Shown piece after piece: positions 1 to 8,463 of a stretch of DNA of 31,144 nt (positions are counted from its first letter, which is position 1; every line of letters begins with the position of its first letter). The position numbers were made by a program, and so were the translations under genes. Under the pieces are notes generated by a model, which was given only the letters and a program-made list of their open reading frames with translations, was not told the origin of the DNA and made no database searches. The DNA comes from an uncultured Deinococcales bacterium (GTDB taxonomy: Bacteria; Deinococcota; Deinococci; Deinococcales; JAAFIG01). Location: positions 1-31,144 of the forward strand of contig CAXTTL010000030.1 in the NCBI GenBank assembly GCA_964247135.1. The letters run 5' to 3'.

Positions 1-30
1 GTATGAGTTCAAATCTCGCCACCCCAACCA
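1..30 (+). tRNA. 3' end of a tRNA (Pro-like acceptor arm), truncated by the window edge or a displaced att-site fragment
   Basis: GAG-TTCAAAT-CTC T-arm, then CACCCC-A-A-CCA; the outer T-stem pairs are imperfect (T.G, A.C). Confidence 0.65.
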
Positions 31-32
31 AG

Positions 33-62
33 AAAAGACCCTGTTTAACACAAGGTCTTTTT
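33..62. terminator. Rho-independent terminator, probably bidirectional
   Basis: AAAAGACC...GGTCTTTT inverted repeat between the tRNA end and a convergent CDS. Confidence 0.7.
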
Positions 63-115
63 GTTGCTTAAAATTTTTAAGGAACTCGAGTATTCAGGGC
101 TGATCGACTCCGGAT

Positions 116-2275
116 TTAGGGGGCAATGATGATGCTTGTGCCAGAGACGGCATTCAACACACGATCCGATCCGTACTGGGTTCCCTGTACCGGATTGGTG
201 AGTGGAATGATTGCCCCTGGATTGTTGGAGCTGACCGTCAACACGCCGGTGGTTTTATTCCAAATTGCCGTTGCGCCAGCATTGTCAAAAGCCGTGCGCA
301 GTAAAAGTCGCTTGGCAATATCTGCCATTGATAAATTAACCACGGGCAAGGTCTTTAATTTGGCGTATTTGCTGGCAACATTTTTCATAAAAATGCACAG
401 CAGGCAATTTCCATTTCCGTAATTGCGCAAGTTCGATTGGTGGACAAAGTGTGGGTTGACCGAACCCGACAGAATATGTGAGATCACCACGTCCGACTCG
501 AAATCCATGATTTCTTGGAAGCTGAGGTCACGTCCCCAGTAACCACGGTAAATCGTGTTGTACTCGTCGGTGAGTTCGACGGGTGTGGTGGTGTTGTAAA
601 AAATGTTGATCGGAAAGCGTGGCTCGAGCAAGATGTCGTTGGCGGGAAGATTGCTTGGGAATCGCAAGCCTTGGTTTGGTGACGGGTTATTTTGCGAGCA
701 GTCTTCCGGGGTGGAAATGCAAATCGGTGGGGTGGTGGGCGCCGAGGTGTTGCTTGCCAAAACCCGAATCCCCAAAGCCTGAGCACCAGTGATCAAATTG
801 GCACTGGCATGGCTTTTACCGGCGTTGACCAGCGGCAAGACCTCGTCGAAATAGCCGAGTCCAGAGTGGTTGCCTGTGACCAAAACGCTGGGGTCAAACT
901 CTTTTGCCGAGAGCTTCAAGCCGCCCAAACCGGTTGCCACCGCAAGGTTTTGGGAGATTTGCGAGTTGACATCTGCCAGGCTGGTGCTGTCATCAAAAGA
1001 CAGGTGTCCAAAGGTGTGATTGATCCAGCGAAAGGCGCTGTGATAACAGTGGGTGACTGCCGAAAGCGCATCGTTGGTGCTGGTGCCAATTGGAAAGCAG
1101 TTCGCCCTCGAGTTGACCTGGTATCCTTCGCCGTTGAAAGCATGGTCGATGGTGAAGCTGTTAAACAGCGGGTTGGTGAAGCGGAAGAGTTGTTGCCAAA
1201 TGACCAAATTGATCACATCGTTGGAACGCAACCTGAAGATACCACTGTTGGCGTGGGTGCTTGGATTCCAGACATCGTTGTCCAAAAAGTAATCGTCGCT
1301 GTGGGCGGCAAAATACATTTTTTGTTCGCCCAAGAACACGCCGCGACTGACCCAGCGAACCAAACCGTATTGTAGAAGCAACGAGTGCATCAAGTATTGG
1401 TTGTGCGCGGCGGTGACTGCCAGACCTTCACGTCCATCGGGTGAGGTGTGGAGTGCGGCGACAACCGATCCGTTGGCGGTTTGCAGCAGCGGAATCGCGC
1501 TGTCGGTGACTTGGGCAAGGTAGGTGTAGGCTTGACGGATGCCAATGCTGATGTCTGGCTTGAGGTCGCTAAAAATTGCCTTACCCTGGGTGGTCAAGCT
1601 GACATTCAGTGGCGTGCTCGAGGTGTCGGCGTAGCCGGTGTAGTTTAATCCAGTGTTGGCACCGTCCGGATAGGCGTACATGGTGACTTGACGAATTTTG
1701 TAATCGCGTTCAAAGTCGCTTAAAATTTGCCATTCAACGGGGTCAAACGCCGAGAGCCAAGTGGTGCCGTCAAAATAAGCCAAATTGTTGGTGGTCAAGA
1801 TCACGCCCGAGTAATTGCCTAACCCTGGTTCAGCCTCGAGCTTATCGCTGGTTAAAATATTTTTCGATGCCACCAAAACGTCAAATGGAACGCCGATTCG
1901 GGTCAAAAAGGTTTTCATGGCGTCAAAACCGGTTTCGGTATCGGTTGCCGTAATTAACAACAGTTTGAGTTGAACCCGTGTTGCTGTGCCCGCCGGTACG
2001 CCCCGAGGGCTGATCAGACCTCTGGTTTTGGCGGCTCGAGTTGGATTGACTGGGAATGCTCGGGCAATGTTTGCGTCGTCGATGGCGGCGGTTTGGACTT
2101 GAGGTTCGGGCAGGTTGTTCAGGTCTGGCAACGGCAGACGGTTGCTCGAGGTTCCAGTTTGGATGGCTGGTTCGGTATCGGTGACGGCATCGTCGGCTGG
2201 TGTGCTTGGCGTTTGGTTGCCGCAGCCAATCACTGCGATGAGCAGTGCAATCGACAAATAACGGTAAATTTTCAT
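116..2275 (-). CDS. Lipoprotein, Agd3-like (CBM87/CE18-type) polysaccharide deacetylase
   Basis: ATG at 2275 with AAGGGGA RBS; signal peptide with VIGC lipobox; motifs HSDDYFL, WINHTFGH and HFVHQSN resemble the metal-binding and catalytic motifs of Agd3. Confidence 0.7.
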   Translation of the reverse strand: MKIYRYLSIALLIAVIGCGNQTPSTPADDAVTDTEPAIQTGTSSNRLPLPDLNNLPEPQVQTAAIDDANIARAFPVNPTRAAKTRGLISPRGVPAGTATRVQLKLLLITATDTETGFDAMKTFLTRIGVPFDVLVASKNILTSDKLEAEPGLGNYSGVILTTNNLAYFDGTTWLSAFDPVEWQILSDFERDYKIRQVTMYAYPDGANTGLNYTGYADTSSTPLNVSLTTQGKAIFSDLKPDISIGIRQAYTYLAQVTDSAIPLLQTANGSVVAALHTSPDGREGLAVTAAHNQYLMHSLLLQYGLVRWVSRGVFLGEQKMYFAAHSDDYFLDNDVWNPSTHANSGIFRLRSNDVINLVIWQQLFRFTNPLFNSFTIDHAFNGEGYQVNSRANCFPIGTSTNDALSAVTHCYHSAFRWINHTFGHLSFDDSTSLADVNSQISQNLAVATGLGGLKLSAKEFDPSVLVTGNHSGLGYFDEVLPLVNAGKSHASANLITGAQALGIRVLASNTSAPTTPPICISTPEDCSQNNPSPNQGLRFPSNLPANDILLEPRFPINIFYNTTTPVELTDEYNTIYRGYWGRDLSFQEIMDFESDVVISHILSGSVNPHFVHQSNLRNYGNGNCLLCIFMKNVASKYAKLKTLPVVNLSMADIAKRLLLRTAFDNAGATAIWNKTTGVLTVSSNNPGAIIPLTNPVQGTQYGSDRVLNAVSGTSIIIAP

Positions 2276-2613
2276 GGTTCCCCTTAATGCTTTGCTTGGA
2301 TGGACTTTAGGCAAATTGGATGGCTTCATTCTCTTCACGATTCTGACCGCTTATGTTACGAAACAGCCCATGAACTGGGCGTTAAACCCGTCCTCGCCTT
2401 GAAAAGCACAAGAATTCAGAACATTAAAGTTTCTTTATTTCGTTCAAAATGAGTAGTTTAACGTGAGCTTCATGAATTAAATTAAGTCCCAAAGATTGAT
2501 GCAATTCTCGAGCTACAGCCTCAACTGGCTCGCTTAAGATTCTCGAGGAGTACTGAAATTTTAACTATTCTCGGACTCGAGCGCCCACAAATTGCGCAAC
2601 CAAAAAACATCAA

Positions 2614-2649
2614 CGAAAAGCCCCGAACTAAAAAGTTCGGGGCTTTTCG
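2614..2649. terminator. Rho-independent terminator downstream of the DGC gene
   Basis: Perfect 16-bp stem CGAAAAGCCCCGAACT/AGTTCGGGGCTTTTCG with a 4-nt loop. Confidence 0.9.
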
Positions 2650-2665
2650 ATTTGCTCAAATAGGC

Positions 2666-4324
2666 TTACAGGACCTCTTCCAGTCGATCATTGCGCACCA
2701 GATTTTTACCGTAACGTTTGGCTTCGTACAATCGGTCATCGGCTCGAGCGATCAATCTTTCAAAATTGGCAACGCTGGTGTCCCAGACCATGCCAATGCT
2801 GACCGTGACTTTCAAACCCGCCTGAATCGCTTCCCAATCGTAATGCTCGACCGTACTGCGGATTCGCTCACAGACCAGCAAGGCATCCTGAGGAGATGAT
2901 CGCGGCAGGACAAAGGCAAATTCTTCGCCGCCGTAACGGGCTGGCATGTCCGAACTGCGCAGGACCGTGTGCAAAATTCCAGCCAAGTGCTGCAAGACCT
3001 GGTCGCCAATCAAATGCCCAAAGGAATCGTTGACAAATTTGAAATCGTCAACGTCGAGCATTGCCACCGGCAAGGGATGGTTGCCAAGGCTGGCACGGGT
3101 AAATTCCTCGGTCAGATAATTCTCGAGGTGGCGGCGGTTGTACAAACGGGTGAGTGGGTCTTGTAAAATAAGCAACTCGAGTTCAGAAGATTTTTCCTCG
3201 AGTTCGACCAGGAGTGTGGTTTTGGCTTGATTGGCTTGCTCGAGCGCCTCGAGGGCTTGCATCAGTTCGACGTTGCGCAGTTGCTCGAGTTTGGCTTCGC
3301 CGCGAAGGCGCTCTGCCTCGCGCTGGGCGTTGAAGACCCGCATTTTTCGGTTGGCGGCATCGTCACGAACCTCTTTTTCCAGACGGTGAAATTCTTCAAA
3401 AGCGCTTAATGCCTGTTCAAAATCGTTTTGTTGCTTAAACGCCTGACTTTTGATCTCAAAACCTTGAAACTCGAGCGATTTAAGATCGCTGTCTTGAGCG
3501 GCTTCGATGGCGGCGCTCGAGTAAGCAATAGCCTCGCTTGCATGGCGCTGCGCAAGTTCGATTTTTGCGGCGTTCAGCAGGCAATAGACCACACCCTCGG
3601 TTTGTTTGTTGGCGCGAACCATCTCGAGTGCGGTATCGAGGGTTGCCAGGGCTTTGGCGTGCGATCCAGAACCTGAAAGCGCCTCGGCAAGGTTGACCAG
3701 GGTTTGGGCGGTAATATCGTGCAGCTCGAGGTCGCGGGTGATGACCAGCGACGCCTCAAAATCGTTGATCGCCTCAATAAAACGTCCGAGGGCGCAACGC
3801 GCAATCCCTCGGTTGGTGAGTGCCGAGGATTTACGAACCAGATCGCCTATCGAATCACAGCGTTCAATGGCTTTGGTGGCATATTCGAGGGAGGTCTGGT
3901 TGTCACCAAGCTGGTGGTACATCCCCGAAATGTTGTTTAAACTCCAGATCATGCCAAGCACATCCTCTAACTCGGTGTTGATTCGGTAGGCGCTAAAAAC
4001 GGCATCGATGGCAGACTCGAACTCTCCTAAGGACGCGTATGCAAAACAGGTGACATTCAAGCAATCGCGCTCGAGCTTGAGGTCCCCAAAGTTACGAGCC
4101 ACCTCGAGTGCCAAATCGAGGTGATGCAGGGCTTGGGCATGATCGCCCGAGTGGAATTGACTGTAGGCGATGTTGCGCCTGGCAAGCCCCTGGGCAAAAA
4201 CATGCCCGATGGCTTTGGCTTGTTCAAGACCCTGCACGCTCTGCTCGAGGCAACGTTCACGGTTCTCGAATCGCAACATCCAAGCGCCGTGCAAAAGCTC
4301 TTCAATTTGAGATCGATTTTGCAT
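2666..4324 (-). CDS. TPR-repeat diguanylate cyclase (GGDEF)
   Basis: N-terminal TPR array, coiled coil, DPLTRLYNRR, DVDDFKFVND, I-site RSSD and active site GGEEF. Confidence 0.93.
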   Translation of the reverse strand: MQNRSQIEELLHGAWMLRFENRERCLEQSVQGLEQAKAIGHVFAQGLARRNIAYSQFHSGDHAQALHHLDLALEVARNFGDLKLERDCLNVTCFAYASLGEFESAIDAVFSAYRINTELEDVLGMIWSLNNISGMYHQLGDNQTSLEYATKAIERCDSIGDLVRKSSALTNRGIARCALGRFIEAINDFEASLVITRDLELHDITAQTLVNLAEALSGSGSHAKALATLDTALEMVRANKQTEGVVYCLLNAAKIELAQRHASEAIAYSSAAIEAAQDSDLKSLEFQGFEIKSQAFKQQNDFEQALSAFEEFHRLEKEVRDDAANRKMRVFNAQREAERLRGEAKLEQLRNVELMQALEALEQANQAKTTLLVELEEKSSELELLILQDPLTRLYNRRHLENYLTEEFTRASLGNHPLPVAMLDVDDFKFVNDSFGHLIGDQVLQHLAGILHTVLRSSDMPARYGGEEFAFVLPRSSPQDALLVCERIRSTVEHYDWEAIQAGLKVTVSIGMVWDTSVANFERLIARADDRLYEAKRYGKNLVRNDRLEEVL

Positions 4325-4489
4325 AAAACCTTTTGGGGACTTCTGTTTGAGGGGCTAAAGTTGTGAAAAACAGTCTCGAGGCAACAGGTCAGGTTGTGGG
4401 TTGACATCAGTTTACCTCTTGTTTGGGTACATGTGTTTAGTTGTCCCACAGCATGAAGAGTCATATTGACCGAGCTGAGGACAAGAATT

Positions 4490-5800
4490 TTAGAATAGAT
4501 TCAATGCAAACTGCATAAAGCGTTGAAGATTGACGCGACCACTTCCCAGGTTAATCCCGTATTGGAGGTCTTTTACAACCAAACCATCGGCGGTGTAGCC
4601 CATCGTTTTGCCCAATTCGCGTAATCCCCAGGCAGAATATGTTTTTTGTCCCAACGCCAAGGCAAACCCTCCGGCAACGATTGGCGCAGCCATGCTGGTT
4701 CCCGTCCATTTTGCCACCCTCAAGTTTGGGGCTGGAACAAAAATGTTCTCGCCTGGGGCAGTCACTTCGACGTTTCCATAGGTCGAAAACGATGATTTCT
4801 TATCGTTCAAATCGGTGCTGGCGACACCGACGGTCAAATCGCCCCAGGTGCCAAAATTTTTGGAGGCATAGGCAGGAAAGGTCACGTTGGTATTGCCCGT
4901 GTTGCCCGATGAGGACACCACAATCACACCGTTCTGGGTTGCCCAGTTGATCTCGGCGTCCAAGGATGCCAAATACTGCGAGCCGAGCGAAAGGTTGATG
5001 ACTTTTGCACCGTGGGCAACCGCCCAGTCGATGGCGGCGACCACGCTGTCAGAATTTCCAGAACCGTTTGGAGCCAGTACCCGAAGCGGCATGATTTTGG
5101 CTTTGGGTGCAACTTGAGCCACGATGCCTGCGACACATGTACCATGACCAAAACCCTTGCTCGAGCCATCAACGTAAACTTCTTGTGGCGTTGCGTCGTT
5201 GTCAACAAAATCGTACATGTCGTGCGGGGCAACCAAACGGTTGGCGAATGCAGGATGGTTAAGATCAATGCCCGTGTCGATCACGGCAACAATGATTCCA
5301 GTGCCAGCTTTTGGTGCCAGGCTCAAGGCTTCGGGCAGTTTTATTTTGGTCCAAGTGGTGGCATTTAAACTGCTGGTGACGCTCGAGACGAGATCGGTCA
5401 CCAACCCAGAGCCGTAAACCGACCAACCCGACGCCCAGGTCGTCCAACCGCTCATGTTTGAGTTGACGGCGGATGCGGCACTGGTGTCTTGTTGAGATTC
5501 CAAGGTGTTTTCGTTGGGGTCGGTGGCGTTAAACGCTTCACGGCTGAGGCGGGCAGCTCGGTCTTGGCTGAGTGCCAAAACCGCCTCGCCGGTTTCTGGG
5601 TGAAAGGTCAGGATTTTGGCATCGTATTTGCTTGCCAAGTTTTCGGCGGTATCCCCTGCTTGAATATTGACCGTCATGAGCCTGCTTGTGCCGGTGACAA
5701 TCGCTGGCAACTGGGCGCAACCCACCAAAATTGAGGGTACGCCAATTAGGGCTACACTGAGGACTCGAGATAGAAACGACTTTCCTATGGATTGACTCAT
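4490..5800 (-). CDS. S8 (subtilisin-family) serine protease lipoprotein
   Basis: LVGC lipobox; catalytic motifs VIDTG, HGT and GTSMA; oxyanion-hole SSGN. Confidence 0.93.
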   Translation of the reverse strand: MSQSIGKSFLSRVLSVALIGVPSILVGCAQLPAIVTGTSRLMTVNIQAGDTAENLASKYDAKILTFHPETGEAVLALSQDRAARLSREAFNATDPNENTLESQQDTSAASAVNSNMSGWTTWASGWSVYGSGLVTDLVSSVTSSLNATTWTKIKLPEALSLAPKAGTGIIVAVIDTGIDLNHPAFANRLVAPHDMYDFVDNDATPQEVYVDGSSKGFGHGTCVAGIVAQVAPKAKIMPLRVLAPNGSGNSDSVVAAIDWAVAHGAKVINLSLGSQYLASLDAEINWATQNGVIVVSSSGNTGNTNVTFPAYASKNFGTWGDLTVGVASTDLNDKKSSFSTYGNVEVTAPGENIFVPAPNLRVAKWTGTSMAAPIVAGGFALALGQKTYSAWGLRELGKTMGYTADGLVVKDLQYGINLGSGRVNLQRFMQFALNLF

Positions 5801-5885
5801 GGTACACCTGCTTTCTTCCGTAACGTCGGTTTATGAGAAGCTGAAATTGAGATTGTCATTCAAAAAACAATCCGTATTGCCTGCC

Positions 5886-5918
5886 ATTGTGCAACAGCCT
5901 GCCTCACCAATTCCTTAC
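5886..5918 (-). promoter_or_regulatory. Putative S8 promoter with an 11-bp-spaced direct repeat
   Basis: Minus strand GTAAG-N6-GTGAG, then 11 nt, then a -10-like CACAAT. Confidence 0.4.
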
Positions 5919-6144
5919 AACAATCTGATGTGTGCAGCAACTTCGCTACAACCAATTTAAGTAAGACTTACGAATTGCGTTCCTTTATTTTTAAGCGAAA
6001 TTGGGCAGGGTTTTGAAGACCAAAACGCCAAAAACAGAACTTTTCATGAGAAGCCAAACAGTACTTTCCCTCGAGATGCGCTGGGGTAAAATGAACTCCG
6101 TTTTAAGCCTTGAAAGAACTCGGTTTTAAACCTTGGAGGACATT

Positions 6145-7320
6145 GTGAAAGCCGTCATTGTTTCAGCCACCCGCACGCCAATTGGCAAGTTCCTTGGAAG
6201 CCTCAAAGACCTGAGCGCCCCGCAACTCGGGGCGATAGCCGCCCGAGAGGCGGTGCGGCGAGCTGGGCTGGATTCCAGCTTGATCCAAGACACGATTATG
6301 GGGCAGGTCGTCACGGCGGGCGCGGGGCAAAACCCCGCCCGTCAAGCCTCGGTCAATGCGGGAATGGAAGTCTCGAGCGGCGCGGTGACGGTTAACATGG
6401 TTTGCGGTTCGGGTTTGAAAGCCATCATGATGGCTGCCCAGGGCATCAAAGCTGGCGACATTCAGGCGGCGCTGGCAGGCGGCATGGAGAGCATGTCGAG
6501 CAGCCCGTACTTGCTGCCCGATGCCAGAATGGGCTTGAAGGCGGGTCACAAACAAATTTTGGACGCCAACAACGTCGACGGTTTGTGGTGCGCCTTCGAG
6601 CATTGGGGCATGGGTGACGCCGCCGAAATGATCGCGGTTGAACAAAAAATTTCACGGCTCGAGCAAGACGAATTTGCCTTGCGTTCGCATCAGAAAGCCA
6701 TTCAGGCAATCGATGCAGGGCGTTTCAAGTCCGAAATTGTGCCAGTTTCGCTCGAGACCAAAAAAGGCAAGGTGCTGATCGACCAGGACGAAGCGCCACG
6801 CAGGGATTCCAACCTCGAGGCGCTCGGCAAGCTCAAACCTGCGTTCTCCAAAAATGGCACGGTCACCGCCGGCAACGCCCCAGGTTTGAACGATGCGGCG
6901 GCGGCGCTGGTGGTGGTCAGCGAAGATTTTGCCAAAGCCCACGGTTTAAAACCGCTGGCGGAGATTTTGGGTTATGCCACCACCGGACTCGAGCCAAAAT
7001 GGTTTGCCATGACGCCCGCGCCAGCCACGCGAAAGTTGCTCGAGCAACTGAACATGCAGCTTTCAGACATTGATTTGTTTGAACTCAACGAAGCCTTTGC
7101 CGTGCAAAGCCTGGCGGTGATCCGTGATCTGGGCATTGACGAGGGCAAGGTCAATGTCAACGGTGGCGCGGTGGCACTCGGGCATCCGATTGGTTGCTCG
7201 GGCGCAAGAATTGTCGTGACCTTATTACACGCGCTCGAGCAGCAAAATCTTGAAGTTGGTCTGGCGAGTTTGTGCATGGGTGGTGCAAACGGTTTGGCGC
7301 TGGCGGTGCGCCGAGTTTAG
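6145..7320 (+). CDS. Acetyl-CoA C-acetyltransferase (thiolase)
   Basis: GTG start after GGAGG; motifs NMVCGSG, NEAF, GHPIG and CMGG; TAAAAT -10 candidate at 6087-6092. Confidence 0.95.
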   Translation: MKAVIVSATRTPIGKFLGSLKDLSAPQLGAIAAREAVRRAGLDSSLIQDTIMGQVVTAGAGQNPARQASVNAGMEVSSGAVTVNMVCGSGLKAIMMAAQGIKAGDIQAALAGGMESMSSSPYLLPDARMGLKAGHKQILDANNVDGLWCAFEHWGMGDAAEMIAVEQKISRLEQDEFALRSHQKAIQAIDAGRFKSEIVPVSLETKKGKVLIDQDEAPRRDSNLEALGKLKPAFSKNGTVTAGNAPGLNDAAAALVVVSEDFAKAHGLKPLAEILGYATTGLEPKWFAMTPAPATRKLLEQLNMQLSDIDLFELNEAFAVQSLAVIRDLGIDEGKVNVNGGAVALGHPIGCSGARIVVTLLHALEQQNLEVGLASLCMGGANGLALAVRRV

Positions 7321-7614
7321 TCGCGCTTGTTTCATTTGAGAAATGATTCTGGTCTTGGATGTTCTCGGAAATATTCTCGAGAAGCCATTTTTATGTCGCA
7401 ACACAAACAGTTTTTGCACCAAGATTTCATGAATTCTCGTGTATCGTTGGATGATGCCCAAAATTCTTGTCGCCATGTAAAGCATCGACGGTCACCAAAA
7501 TCTTTAGCGTTCAAAACCAAATAGTCAACTGTAAGCAAATTGAAAGTTTTTAAAAAGTATTCTTTTAATCGGTAAAAACACGGCTTTCATCAGATAAAGG
7601 AAACCTTTCAACAC

Positions 7615-8406
7615 ATGGATCAACCGATGAGCAACGCGCACGATCTGCAAGGAGATTTCACCAAATCGAGCCTGCCCAGTTTATTGCAGTACTTGGGCAT
7701 GATTGGCGCGACGGGCGAACTGGTGCTGACCATCCCACCAAACGACAAAGCCGTCCTCAGCCTCGAGAAGGGCAAATTGATCGACGCCATTTACCGCGAA
7801 CACACCGGACAACTGGCGCTTTTTCAGGTCATGCAAACCCAAAACGGTTACTTTGCATTCAAAGCCGGAATTTACGATGTCAAAGCCTCGATTGACAGTT
7901 CGCTCGAGCGTCTGTTGATGGGCGCCGCCGCTTTTGAACACGCCCGCACCCAATTTCAACCAGGTGATGTGCCCTCCATTTTGCCCAGTTCGACCTCTGG
8001 GAACATCAATTTGCAAGCCGCCCAGCTTCGGGTGGTCGCCATGATTGACTCTCAGCGCAGCATCAGCCAACTCGCCAGCGCGGTGCGCGGCAGTATCGGC
8101 GACGTCACCGCCTTGATTTCACAATTGGTCGAATCCGGTTTGGTGGCGGTCAAAACCAACACCGTGGAAAGCGTCAACCCACAATTTTTTGAAGACCTGC
8201 GCCCGCGACTCTCGAGCCTGGTCGGACCGATGGCGCACATCATGATGGTCGATGCCGCCGAGCGGCTCGGTTTTGGCTTGGAAAACCTCGACAAAAAATT
8301 GGTTCGCGCCTTCTTGACCGAACTTCACAAAGAAGTCCCCAGCAATCAAATGAAGCAATTTGTGGTGCTGGTCGAACCGTTGTTGCGCCAATACGAAAAT
8401 CAGTAA
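7615..8406 (+). CDS. DUF4388 (PATAN-like) domain protein with a wHTH-like and a C-terminal helical domain
   Basis: LQGDF..SLPSLLQYL..TGELVL..G.LIDA pattern; IDSQRSISQLA..ISQLVESGLV wHTH-like segment; LVGPMA-type C-terminal helix bundle. Confidence 0.75.
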   Translation: MDQPMSNAHDLQGDFTKSSLPSLLQYLGMIGATGELVLTIPPNDKAVLSLEKGKLIDAIYREHTGQLALFQVMQTQNGYFAFKAGIYDVKASIDSSLERLLMGAAAFEHARTQFQPGDVPSILPSSTSGNINLQAAQLRVVAMIDSQRSISQLASAVRGSIGDVTALISQLVESGLVAVKTNTVESVNPQFFEDLRPRLSSLVGPMAHIMMVDAAERLGFGLENLDKKLVRAFLTELHKEVPSNQMKQFVVLVEPLLRQYENQ

Positions 8407-8463
8407 ACAGGCGCTGAAAGATCAAACCCGAGCATCAAAAAATGAATCGCAAAAAGGAGTTTT

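Noticed and set aside
692-1375. 227-aa plus-strand ORF
   Set aside because: Antisense shadow of the deacetylase gene
2339-2613. Possible c-di-GMP riboswitch or sRNA between the DGC and the deacetylase
   Set aside because: No c-di-GMP-I or -II consensus recognised; only a small GCCCA/TGGGC hairpin and CTCGAG-context repeats
7327-7538. Small ORFs and near-palindrome TTCTCGGAAATATTCTCGAGAA (7362-7383) in the AT-rich spacer
   Set aside because: The ORFs lack an RBS and motifs; the palindrome is largely explained by CTCGAG abundance
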